DNA of 64,000 bases from Clostridium sp. CAG:508 (GTDB taxonomy: Bacteria; Bacillota; Clostridia; Lachnospirales; Lachnospiraceae), in contig CAVJLL010000005.1 of assembly GCA_963650385.1 (NCBI GenBank), positions 5,959-69,958 on the forward strand, in the 5' to 3' direction. Shown here piece by piece: positions 1-8,665 of the stretch. The position numbers and the translations under genes were made by a program. The notes beneath the pieces are model-generated. The model made no database searches. It was not told where the DNA came from and saw only the letters and a program-made list of their open reading frames with translations. Position 1 is the first letter of the stretch. Each line of letters opens with the position of its first letter.

Positions 1-235
1 TCGGAGTCTGCGACTTGGTACGGATCTCACGGCAGACCTGGTATCCGTCGATTCCGGGCAGCATCAGATCCAGGAGAACCAGGTCCGGTTCGTAGGAGGC
101 AAAGGTCTGCAGTGCCTCCTCCCCGTTCTCGGCGACCATCGTATCGTAGCATTCCTTGTTCAGATACAGGCTGATCAGATCCGCAATGTTGGCATCATCA
201 TCGACGATCAGGATTTTCTGTTTGCTGACTGCCAT
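1..235 (-). CDS. Response regulator, receiver domain (N-terminal part only; gene runs off the window start)
   Basis: Manual reverse translation from ATG at 235-233 gives MAVSKQKILIVDDDANIADLISLYLNKECYDTMVAENGEEALQ...LLDLMLPGIDG. This is the CheY-like receiver pattern (DDD acidic pocket, LLDLMLP phospho-acceptor region). It is absent from the ORF track because the window edge truncates it. Confidence 0.85.
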   Translation of the reverse strand, partial: MAVSKQKILIVDDDANIADLISLYLNKECYDTMVAENGEEALQTFASYEPDLVLLDLMLPGIDGYQVCREIRTKSQTP

Positions 236-256
236 TTCGTATCTCCTTTTTCTGCT

Positions 257-2671
257 CTACAGCGTCACAATGGTAACGCCGGCATCTCCTTCTCCGAAAT
301 CTCCGGTGCGATAGGAGCGAATCCAGGACTGCTTGCGCAGATAGTTCTGTACAGCGGTGCGCAGCGCACCGGTTCCCTTGCCATGTACGACGCGCACCGT
401 ATCCAGGTGGGACATCCGCGCGTCATCCAGATATTTATCCAGCGCCATCACTGCTTCGTCCGTTGTCATCCCCAGAAGATTGATCTCCGGAGAAATATGC
501 ATCGCCCGCGACAGGTCCATGCCGCCCGCATTCATACGCCCCGACCGGTCCTCGTAGGCACGCTTTAAGGCACTGTTCGTCTTTTTCTTGGCCCGCGAGT
601 CAATGGTCATGCCGGTTTCCTCATCCAGCAGTGCCAGGTCCTTTAACGGTATCTGCGAGTTCATGATGCCGCACTGCACGCCGACCTTCTCCTGGCGGTC
701 CGGGAGCTTGGTCACGGTTCCCTGCATGCCCAGTGACAGCACGCGGACCCGATCTCCGATGTGCAGATCGGACGGCTTGAGACTGGATGTGCGGACAGGC
801 TTTTCGGTTTCCTTCTGCAGGCGGCGCGTCTTCGCGGAAACCTTTTCGCGAAGGTTCGTTCTGGTCTGCTCCATGGCCGTCATGTCGGCGCCCTTGCTGT
901 TCTTGCGGATGGCGGAAATGGCGCTGTCTGCCTGATCCTTGGCATCCTGCAGAATGTTCCGAGCCTTCTCGTTGGCCTGATCCAGAATCTTCCTGCGCCG
1001 CTCCTCCAGAGAATCCTCCCGGGTCTTCAGTTCGCGGCTCCTACGGTCGAGATCTGCCCGCATGCGGCTGATCTCCTCCTGCGCCTTTGCGTTGCGCCGT
1101 CTCGTATCCTCCAGCTCAGAGAGCACATCCTCGAAATCCTGCGCTTCCTTGCCGAGCTGCTCCCGTGCCGTCTCAATGATGTAGCCGGGGAGTCCGAGCT
1201 TCTGCGAAATGGCAAAGGCGTTGCTCTTGCCGGGAACGCCGACCAGGAGCTTATAGGTCGGCTGGAGCGTGTCCACATCGAACTCGCAGCTGGCATTGAC
1301 GATGCCCTGCGTACGCATGGCATAGAGCTTGAGCTCTGCATAGTGCGTGGTCGCCAGCGTCGTTATTTTCCGCGTGTGCATGAAATTCAGAATGGAAATG
1401 GCCAGCGCGGCTCCCTCCGTGGGATCCGTTCCGCTTCCGAGCTCATCGAACAGGCACAGGCAGTTCTTATCCGCACGCTTCAGAATATCGACGATCGCCG
1501 TCATGTGCGAGGAGAAGGTCGAGAGGCTCTGCTCGATGCTCTGCTCGTCTCCGATGTCTGCATACACCTCACGAAAAACGGAAAGCTCGCTGTGCTCGGC
1601 GGCCGGAATGTGGAGTCCGGCCATCCCCATGAGCTCGAACAGTCCCACGGTCTTGAGCGTCACCGTCTTGCCGCCGGTATTGGGTCCCGTGACGATGATC
1701 ATGTCGTACTTCTCACCGATGGTCAGATCGATGGGCACGACCTTTTTCGCGTCGATCAGCGGGTGCCGCCCCTTGTGGATGCGGATGATGTGCTCCTCAT
1801 TGAATTCCGGGCGAACCGCCTCCTGCTCCATGGCCAGATGCGCTCTAGCAAAGATGAAATCCAGCTGCGTCATATTGGCACAGTCATCCCGCAGTGCTGT
1901 CAGATGGTCGGAGAGGAGCCCCGATAAGGTCTCCAGGACCTTCGCTTCTTCCTTTTTTTCCTGGAATTCCAGCTCCCGGATGTGGTTTCCCAGCTCCACG
2001 ATGGCCGCCGGCTCGATGAACAGGGTCGATCCTGTGGAGGACTGATCGTGCACAATGCCGCGGACCTGGGACTTGTATTCGCTCTTGATCGGAAGGCAGT
2101 ACCGGTCATCCCGCATGGTAACGACCGTGTCCTGCAGATAGGACGCATAGGTCTGCGTCAGCATTTTGTTCAGCTGCACGTGGATGCGGTCGTCCGTGAT
2201 GCCGATCTCGCGGCGCAGCTTCTTCAGCTCCGGGCTGGCGTCATCGCTGATCTTATCCTCCCCGATGATGCAGCGGCGGATCTCCGCTGCCACCGGACTG
2301 AGCGGAACCAGGCAGTCAAAAAGGTCATACAGAGGGTTCTCCTCCGACTCCGGTTTCTCACTGCGCACACGCGCCACGTTCTCCAGAAATCCTGCGAACT
2401 GCAAAAGCTCCGGAATCGACAGGCTGATCCCGACATGCAGTGCCTGAAAGGCCGCGGAAAAGTCCCGATTGTTCCCGAAGCTGATGGATCCGTTCCGGAA
2501 CAGATACCCCAGCGCCGCCTCGGTCTCCTCCTGCGCCTTTGTAATGTCGACAAGATCCGTATACGGCAGCAGCTCTCTGCAGAGCTTCCTGCCGGGGTCC
2601 GAGGTGGCATGGCTCTCCAGCTGAGCCGTAATTTTATGAAATTCGCAAATGCGCAGTACTTTTTCGTTCAT
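257..2671 (-). CDS. mutS2: Endonuclease MutS2 (MutS-family ATPase with C-terminal Smr domain)
   Basis: 804-aa ORF with Walker A GPNTGGKT and the DELGSGTDP MutS ATPase motif. It has a long coiled-coil middle and a C-terminal Smr-like VRVVHGKGTGALR. ATG start with an AAGGA RBS. Confidence 0.93.
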   Translation of the reverse strand: MNEKVLRICEFHKITAQLESHATSDPGRKLCRELLPYTDLVDITKAQEETEAALGYLFRNGSISFGNNRDFSAAFQALHVGISLSIPELLQFAGFLENVARVRSEKPESEENPLYDLFDCLVPLSPVAAEIRRCIIGEDKISDDASPELKKLRREIGITDDRIHVQLNKMLTQTYASYLQDTVVTMRDDRYCLPIKSEYKSQVRGIVHDQSSTGSTLFIEPAAIVELGNHIRELEFQEKKEEAKVLETLSGLLSDHLTALRDDCANMTQLDFIFARAHLAMEQEAVRPEFNEEHIIRIHKGRHPLIDAKKVVPIDLTIGEKYDMIIVTGPNTGGKTVTLKTVGLFELMGMAGLHIPAAEHSELSVFREVYADIGDEQSIEQSLSTFSSHMTAIVDILKRADKNCLCLFDELGSGTDPTEGAALAISILNFMHTRKITTLATTHYAELKLYAMRTQGIVNASCEFDVDTLQPTYKLLVGVPGKSNAFAISQKLGLPGYIIETAREQLGKEAQDFEDVLSELEDTRRRNAKAQEEISRMRADLDRRSRELKTREDSLEERRRKILDQANEKARNILQDAKDQADSAISAIRKNSKGADMTAMEQTRTNLREKVSAKTRRLQKETEKPVRTSSLKPSDLHIGDRVRVLSLGMQGTVTKLPDRQEKVGVQCGIMNSQIPLKDLALLDEETGMTIDSRAKKKTNSALKRAYEDRSGRMNAGGMDLSRAMHISPEINLLGMTTDEAVMALDKYLDDARMSHLDTVRVVHGKGTGALRTAVQNYLRKQSWIRSYRTGDFGEGDAGVTIVTL

Positions 2672-2756
2672 ATACTCATATCCTTGGGATTGCAGAAACG
2701 CAGCAATCCGGGATCCGTTGGTGCAAAACTCCTGCTCCCAACCTCAAACGTAACTG

Positions 2757-3947
2757 TCAAAGCTTCTTCGCAGCATCGCTGCTCCTTAGCTTCTGCACGT
2801 AGGAAGCAAGCCGTCCAAGCGCCTTCTTGAGGCTGTCGATGGAATACGCGTAGGAAATCCGCAGATACCCTTCTCCGCAGTCGCCAAAGGCCGTTCCCGG
2901 AACAATTGCCACCTTCTCCTCCTGCAGGAGCCTGGTTGCAAATTCGTCGCTGGTCATTCCGAATTCCTTAATGCACGGGAATACGTAGAACGCTCCCTCC
3001 GGTTCAAAGCAGGGAAGTCCCATCTCGCCCAGCATGTGCAGGACGAACCGTCTTCTCTCATCGTAGGACTCCCGCATCCTGGCAACGTCCTCATCGCCGT
3101 TTCGCAGCGCCTCCACGGCGGCATACTGTGAGGTGGTCGGCGCGCACATGATGCAGTATTGATGGATCTTCACCATCTGGCGGATGATTTCCTCCGGCCC
3201 GCAGGCATAGCCGAGCCGCCAGCCGGTCATCGCATACGCCTTGGAGAAGCCGTTGATGAGAATGGTGCGCTCCTTCATGTCCGGGAGCGACGCAATGGAA
3301 ACGTGCGTCTTGCCGCTGTAGGTCAGCTCGCTGTAGATCTCATCCGAGAGGACGATCAGATCGTGCTTCTTAATAATGGGAACGAGCTTTTCCAGGTCCT
3401 CCCGCTCCATAATGGCACCCGTGGGATTGTTGGGGAAGGGCATCACCAGTATTTTCGTTCGGGGTGTAATGGCTGCCTCCAGCTCCTTTGGCGTGAGCCG
3501 GAACCGGTTCTCTTCCTTCAGCTCGATGATGACCGGCTTGCCGTCCGCCATCACCACGCAGGGCTCGTAGGAGACGTAGGAGGGCTGCGGGATCAGCACC
3601 TCGTCCCCCGGATTCAGGAGCGCACGCATCGCAAGATCGATGGCTTCGGAGCCGCCCACCGTCACGAAAATCTCCGAAAGATAATGATAGTCGAGCTTCT
3701 GGGTTCTCTGCAGGTAGGCTGCAATCTCCATGCGAAGCTCCTTCAGTCCGGAGTTGGAGGTGTAGAAGGTCCGTCCCTTCTCCAGGGAATAAATACCCTC
3801 GTCCCGGATGTGCCACGGTGTGTCAAAATCTGGCTCTCCCACACCAAGAGAAATCACGTCCTTCATGTCTGCCACGATATCAAAGAACTTGCGGATACCG
3901 GAGGGCTGAAGGGACGCTGCCTTGTCTGCGATCAGGTCCTTTCTCAT
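2757..3947 (-). CDS. PLP-dependent aminotransferase, class I/II (aspartate/aromatic type)
   Basis: 396 aa with NNPTG and the PLP-lysine motif GFSKAYAMTGWRLGY. The start overlaps the upstream stop (ATGA), suggesting translational coupling. Confidence 0.88.
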   Translation of the reverse strand: MRKDLIADKAASLQPSGIRKFFDIVADMKDVISLGVGEPDFDTPWHIRDEGIYSLEKGRTFYTSNSGLKELRMEIAAYLQRTQKLDYHYLSEIFVTVGGSEAIDLAMRALLNPGDEVLIPQPSYVSYEPCVVMADGKPVIIELKEENRFRLTPKELEAAITPRTKILVMPFPNNPTGAIMEREDLEKLVPIIKKHDLIVLSDEIYSELTYSGKTHVSIASLPDMKERTILINGFSKAYAMTGWRLGYACGPEEIIRQMVKIHQYCIMCAPTTSQYAAVEALRNGDEDVARMRESYDERRRFVLHMLGEMGLPCFEPEGAFYVFPCIKEFGMTSDEFATRLLQEEKVAIVPGTAFGDCGEGYLRISYAYSIDSLKKALGRLASYVQKLRSSDAAKKL

Positions 3948-4435
3948 GGCGTCACAATCTCCCGGATATCCTCCTCACGCTTGCTCATAATGGTGCCGTG
4001 ATCCTTGTATTTTTTCAGGATAAAGTGGGTCGTCGTTCCGACCACCGTATCCAGCGTGGAGAGCTTGTTGGTGACGAATCCGGACACCTCCTTCAGCGTC
4101 TTGCCCTCCAGAATGACCATCAGATCGTAGCCGCCGCTCATGAGGTAGACGTTGCTCACCTCCGGGTATTTGTAGATCCGCTCCGCGATGTCCTCGAAGC
4201 CCTGTCCTCTCTGGGGCGTCACGCGCACCTCGATCAGCGCGGTCACCTTCTCGATGCCGGTCTTGTCCCAGTTCACCATCGTGTGGTAGCCGCAGATGAT
4301 TCCATCGTTCTCCATTTCCTCGAGTGCATTCGCCACCTCGCACTCTTCCGTGCCCAGCATAATCGCCAGCTCCCTCAGATCAATGCGGCTGTTCTTCTCA
4401 ATGATCGTGAGGATTCTCTCCTTCAGTGTGTTCAT
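3944..4435 (-). CDS. Lrp/AsnC-family transcriptional regulator
   Basis: N-terminal HTH (LKERILTIIEKNSRIDLRELAIMLG) plus an AsnC-type effector domain. I prefer the internal ATG at 4435, preceded by GGAGGGAG, over the track start at 4522. Confidence 0.85.
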   Translation of the reverse strand: MNTLKERILTIIEKNSRIDLRELAIMLGTEECEVANALEEMENDGIICGYHTMVNWDKTGIEKVTALIEVRVTPQRGQGFEDIAERIYKYPEVSNVYLMSGGYDLMVILEGKTLKEVSGFVTNKLSTLDTVVGTTTHFILKKYKDHGTIMSKREEDIREIVTP

Positions 4436-4546
4436 CTCGTTCTCCCTCCTGCCGCCAGTTTGCTGCGGCATGTATTTCTGTCCGGCTGCCGGCTTCGCCG
4501 AAATTCCTCCGGCCGCCGACACGCATTTGCCGGTGAATTACCTCAA

Positions 4547-5530
4547 TCATCCCTTATCCAGTACCTGCAGTATGCTGTCTGCCTCCGGCCGGTTCAGAGA
4601 CTGGACCTCCTCTCCGTTATGGATCCGCCGGTCCCGCTCTGCGCTTAAAGCCCCGATGGGTCTAGCAAAAACGCCGGCCTGTCCCAGGCGTTCCGCTGCC
4701 GCCTCTGCGTCCTTCACCACAGCCAGCATTGCCCCCGCGGAGCGAAGCTGGTACGGATTGATTCCGTAATAGTCCGTCAACTCTATGGTTTCCTGGAAAA
4801 GCGGGATCCGCGTCAGTTCAACGTCAAATCCGCATCGGCACTCGTCTGCCAGATCCCAGAGAGCCGCATAGATGCCGTCCGTCAGGACGGGTACACAGCA
4901 GCTTGCGTTGATGCCGAGCCGTTCCATCGCCTCCGCCGCCTGCGTCAAAAGGAGCCCTTCCTCCAGTGCTGCCGCCTGCTCCAGAAAACGGGCTGGGAAA
5001 CGCTGCTCCAGCTCCTGCCTGCGGGCTCTTGCCAGAAGCGCCGTCCCTTCCATTCCGACACGGCCGATGACCAGAAGCTCCCTGCAGCCGGAACCGCCTT
5101 CCTGCAGCGGCCGGCACCTGCGGCCCTTTGCAGTAACGAACATCACCGGCCTTGTGACCGCACCGGTGACCTCCGCGTGAAAGTCCTCGACCTTCACCGC
5201 CGCCCGCTGTGCCTGCGCCTTCAGCTGATCGACGATCTCCCGAAGGAGTGCTTCCTCACTGCCTGCCGGCAGGAGGACCTCCGCCGAAACCACCTCTGCC
5301 CTGGCGCCCTTCGCCGCCAGGGCATTGACTGCGCCGGCTATGGTGCCGGGAAGTGCCCAGGCGGCCTCGATGGTCTGCACGGCCGAAACCGTTTCGAAGG
5401 TATCCGTCTCCGCCAGAGCGGCAGGGGCGTTTCCGGCCTTTGCCGCCTCGTTCTTCCGCACGCCGGTCAGGCGCTTTTGCACTGACCGGTCATATACGCT
5501 GCAGTCCAGCCCGCCGTTCCGGAGAATCAC
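4547..5530 (-). CDS. AIR-synthase-related (PurM/HypE-fold) protein
   Basis: 327-aa ORF with a GTG start in a GTGA overlap with the upstream stop and a GGAGG RBS. The family assignment comes from overall sequence character and the common Lrp-aminotransferase neighbourhood; no sharp motif was verified. Confidence 0.5.
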   Translation of the reverse strand: MILRNGGLDCSVYDRSVQKRLTGVRKNEAAKAGNAPAALAETDTFETVSAVQTIEAAWALPGTIAGAVNALAAKGARAEVVSAEVLLPAGSEEALLREIVDQLKAQAQRAAVKVEDFHAEVTGAVTRPVMFVTAKGRRCRPLQEGGSGCRELLVIGRVGMEGTALLARARRQELEQRFPARFLEQAAALEEGLLLTQAAEAMERLGINASCCVPVLTDGIYAALWDLADECRCGFDVELTRIPLFQETIELTDYYGINPYQLRSAGAMLAVVKDAEAAAERLGQAGVFARPIGALSAERDRRIHNGEEVQSLNRPEADSILQVLDKG

Positions 5531-7293
5531 TGCGTACCTCCGTCCTGCGTGCCATCCGATGCCGCAGAGCTGTCAGAGGAAGCGGCATCTGCGCTGCCGG
5601 AGGATGTGTCCGTACTCTGTCCGGATACCACGGCATTGGCGGCCTCCTGTGCCTTTTCCATGGCGGTTGTCGTATCCAGGCCCTCCGCCAGCGCATCGGC
5701 GTAGGCTTCATCCGCTGCGTTCTTTGCATCCTCGGTCAGGCTGTCGCTCGCTGAGGAATCAACACCGGCCGCTGCGTCCGCTGCCGCCTTTTTAATGGCA
5801 TCCACATCCTGTGAAGAAATGGCATCTCGAAGCGCCTGCGTCACATTTCCGGCCGTTCCCACCTTCACGTAGGTGGGCGTCATATTGTAGGTACTGTTGT
5901 TGAAGACGTCCTTGCTCTGCTGTACGCCGTCTACCATCACGACCTTCCACAGTCTTGCGGTATAGCCGGTATGGCCAGCCGTGGTCTGTACCGTGCCAAC
6001 CGCCAGCGACGGATCTTCTTTTATTTTGGTCCCCTCGGACGGGGTCTCAGAGAGTGTCTCGCTGACAAAGGACACCTTGCGGTTGCTGGCTCTGGTTTCT
6101 ACGCCGTAAACGGTGAAGGTGATGGAGCCGTTGTAGGTGTAGCCTTCGATGTAAACGGTATTGTCCAGGTTGTTCGTGAACTTGAAATCCATGCCGGAGG
6201 ACTCGGCGATGGCTGCATCTGCCGAAGGGTCCACGTACGTTACGATCATGGAGTGGTTGTAGCGCTCGGTAACCTTCAGTTCCGCACGGATCACGGCATT
6301 GTAGAGGGTTGTGGAAACCTGGCAGATGCCGCCGCCGAAGCTCTCCACCACCTCATCGCCGGAATAGGAGCCTGCCATCTCATAGCCGTTCTCTTCCGTA
6401 AAAGGTGTGATGGTATTCAGCATGGAGAAGGATTCGCCCGGTGCCAGCGTCAGTCCGTTGATCATGCCGCAGGCATTGGAAATGTTCTTCGAGCGGGCGG
6501 CATTTCCCGTGGAATAGTAGGTGGTGAATGTGCCCAGCACCGACGTCAGCTTCTGCAGATCCTCCGTGGTGGTGGCGGGCTCTGTGGTCTCCATGTCCAG
6601 ATCGATCGTGGCGTCCTCGCCCTTCCACTCGGTCGTCAGATAGCTGTAAATCTGCTTCACCGATTCGTCTTCGTCAATGGCAACGCCTTCACTGCCTTCC
6701 GTATACTGAAATCCGCCGTTGGCCCGCGTCATAGAGGCGTTGACGGCCTGCACGTTCCAGACGGAGCAGTTGTTCTCAATAAATGTGCGGATCTGATCCT
6801 GGTTGAAATCCAGGTCAATGGTAAAATCCGCCCCGTTGACCTCCAGGTCCTTTTCCTGCTTGTACCGCGCGATGATGTTGGCCGCATGCCCATAGTTGAT
6901 GATCGTGTCCGCAAGATCGCTGTTGGTCCAGGTCATGCCCAGATTCCCTGCGCTCACGGTCACATTTTCGTCGCCCATTCCGTGAATGGTTATGGTCGCG
7001 CTGCGCCTTTCCTCCAGAATGGAATCCATCAGCTCCTGCACCTGGTCCTTCGTCATCCCGCCAAGGTCCTGTCCCTCCAGCGTGATGCCGTCCTGAACGG
7101 TCCTCTGCGTCTCCGTCTCCGCCGCGGAAACAGTCACCACCAGGAGAGGTACGATCATGGCAATGGCCAGAATGATGGCAATGACCGCCGCCGCGATCTG
7201 GCGTCTTCTGGCATTTTTGTTCTGCTGCGCCTGCTTCCTGGTTTTCGCGCTGCTCTTCTGTTCCTGCTCTGTTTTCTTTAATTTATATCCCAT
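5527..7293 (-). CDS. VanW-domain membrane-anchored protein
   Basis: VanW-like core (GGGICQVSTTLYNAVIRAEL), an N-terminal TM helix (IAAAVIAIILAIAMIVPLLVV) and a low-complexity acidic/Ser C-terminal tail. The track start at 7329 is a TTG; the first ATG is at 7293, so the start is uncertain. Confidence 0.8.
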   Translation of the reverse strand: MGYKLKKTEQEQKSSAKTRKQAQQNKNARRRQIAAAVIAIILAIAMIVPLLVVTVSAAETETQRTVQDGITLEGQDLGGMTKDQVQELMDSILEERRSATITIHGMGDENVTVSAGNLGMTWTNSDLADTIINYGHAANIIARYKQEKDLEVNGADFTIDLDFNQDQIRTFIENNCSVWNVQAVNASMTRANGGFQYTEGSEGVAIDEDESVKQIYSYLTTEWKGEDATIDLDMETTEPATTTEDLQKLTSVLGTFTTYYSTGNAARSKNISNACGMINGLTLAPGESFSMLNTITPFTEENGYEMAGSYSGDEVVESFGGGICQVSTTLYNAVIRAELKVTERYNHSMIVTYVDPSADAAIAESSGMDFKFTNNLDNTVYIEGYTYNGSITFTVYGVETRASNRKVSFVSETLSETPSEGTKIKEDPSLAVGTVQTTAGHTGYTARLWKVVMVDGVQQSKDVFNNSTYNMTPTYVKVGTAGNVTQALRDAISSQDVDAIKKAAADAAAGVDSSASDSLTEDAKNAADEAYADALAEGLDTTTAMEKAQEAANAVVSGQSTDTSSGSADAASSDSSAASDGTQDGGTQ

Positions 7294-7385
7294 ATTCTCT
7301 GTACCGTCACTGAACCGGTTCCGGGTCAATTTGCAGAATTCCCGCGGTCCGACATTGCTGTAAGTTTTATAAAAAACGGTAACTA

Positions 7386-7457
7386 TTCAGCCCCCATCGT
7401 GAATTTGCCTGCAAGCAGTCAATTCACGTTGAAATGTGGCAGGTGCTGAACAGATAC
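7386..7457. repeat. Intergenic hairpin repeat, family R2 (copy a)
   Basis: TTCAGCCCCCATCGTGAATTTGCC...GGCAGGTGCTGAACAGATAC. It shares the AATTTGC/GCAAAT-type stem and the GCTGAA(A)CAGATAC end with the copies at 21596, 25826, 29226 and 62890. Confidence 0.7.
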
Positions 7458-7501
7458 AAAAAACGGAAGCGCTGAACTACCAGCGTTTCCGTATATCAAC
7501 G

Positions 7502-7574
7502 AGCGACAGACGAGGCTCGAACTCGCGGTCTCCACCTTGGCAAGGTGGCGCTTTACCAACTAAGCTACTATCGC
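7502..7574 (-). tRNA. tRNA-Gly (anticodon GCC)
   Basis: I folded a 73-nt cloverleaf by hand. Acceptor GCGATAG/CTGTCGC, D arm GCTT-AGTTGGTA-AAGC, anticodon arm CCACC-TTGCCAA-GGTGG (GCC), T arm GCGAG-TTCGAGC-CTCGT. No CCA is encoded. Confidence 0.9.
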
Positions 7575-7692
7575 ATTCTATATTCTGTCCCGCCGCTGCA
7601 ATCTGCTCTGCTCTCGAGACGAATGCTATATTACTACATCCCCCCAGGGTCGTGTCAAGCCCTTTTATAGAAATATTATTGCCGGCCGGTTA

Positions 7693-7772
7693 CTGTACAG
7701 GTGCCAGCCAGCGACGGGTCTTGGTGGAGTTGTCCGCCACCCCGTCGCTTGGCTGGCGAGTGTACTGTTACA
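7693..7772. repeat. Intergenic hairpin repeat, family R1 (copy a; stem-loop core 7703-7757)
   Basis: GCCAGCCAGCGACGGGT-CTTGGTGGAGTTGTCCGCCAC-CCCGTCGCTTGGCTGGC. The GCGACGGGTC and GGCGGAGTTGTCC/GGACAACTCCGCC cores recur in five other intergenic sites. Confidence 0.75.
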
Positions 7773-7834
7773 CCTGCCGTATTTCAATGTGAACCTTCTA
7801 TTGCAGACAAATTCACGATTGAAACCGGCAGGTG
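7771..7834. repeat. Family R2 (copy b, inverted relative to copy a)
   Basis: CACCTGCCGTATTTCAATGTGAA...TTCACGATTGAAACCGGCAGGTG, a roughly 64-nt imperfect palindrome that abuts R1 copy a. Confidence 0.7.
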
Positions 7835-7869
7835 GTGAATGTGTGGAGCGCCTATGCGCCATCACTGTC

Positions 7870-8487
7870 TCAAATTTTGAAGAACAGTCCCAGCTTCTTG
7901 AGCGGTGTGCGAAGTGCCATATAGAGCACCACCACGATCACGGCAGATACCACGGAGTTGATCAGCGTGACAACGAAATTGATGGCGAAGGATACCTCTG
8001 CGGCCGGCTTGCCGAGAATCAGGATCTTGTAGAAATACCGGAGCAGCGGATCGAAGACGGCATTGAAGGCCAGTCCTGCAACGGTGGCGGTAATCACGCC
8101 CAGAAGAACCTTGCGGTTATCGGTCTCTGTCGAAATATGGGCCACACGGTGGGCGATCACGCCGACCAGAAGTCCGATCAAAAACTTAATGATAAAAGTG
8201 ATGGGAGCCTCTACAATGTATACAGGATCGATGAGGTCGGCAATGGTGAGGCCGAGTGCACCGCCGATGCCGCCGTAGAGACTGCCGAGGAGCAGTGCCC
8301 CCAGAACAACGAAGGCGTTCCCCAGGTGGACGGATACCTGTCCTGCCCCCGGTGTCGGGATGCGGATGGAAAGATAGGTAAATACAACATAGGTGATTGC
8401 AGCGAAGACGCCGGCGAAGACCAGCTTCTTAATCTGGCTGTCCTGGGCTTCGAGAGCCGATGCAGCAGCGGTAGTTTGTGTGCTCAT
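7870..8487 (-). CDS. ECF-transporter substrate-specific (S) component, orphan (substrate unknown)
   Basis: About 205 aa, polytopic and Gly/Ala/Leu-rich (HLGNAFVVLGALLLGSLYGGIGGALG). It has no adjacent ATPase or T genes. ATG at 8487 preceded by GAGGAGG; the longer track ORF to 8604 looks like upstream read-through. Confidence 0.65.
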   Translation of the reverse strand: MSTQTTAAASALEAQDSQIKKLVFAGVFAAITYVVFTYLSIRIPTPGAGQVSVHLGNAFVVLGALLLGSLYGGIGGALGLTIADLIDPVYIVEAPITFIIKFLIGLLVGVIAHRVAHISTETDNRKVLLGVITATVAGLAFNAVFDPLLRYFYKILILGKPAAEVSFAINFVVTLINSVVSAVIVVVLYMALRTPLKKLGLFFKI

Positions 8488-8665
8488 AATAATACTCCTC
8501 CTCATACTCCTCATAGGTGTTTTCAGTTCATCCGGATTAAGTATCAGTATATGCACAAGTGGATTGCTCACAACATCCAAAACATAAACAATTGGCCAGT
8601 CCACTTTTGTTTTTATTCAATTGAAACGCATTGCAAATCAAACCACAGCAGAAGGGAAGGGGAAA

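Noticed and set aside
8488-8665. A possible riboswitch in the ~130-nt leader of the orphan ECF S-component gene
   Set aside because: Orphan S components are often riboswitch-controlled, but I could not match the leader to any riboswitch consensus I know (THF, TPP, FMN, preQ1, cobalamin). Without a covariance-model search, a call would be invention.
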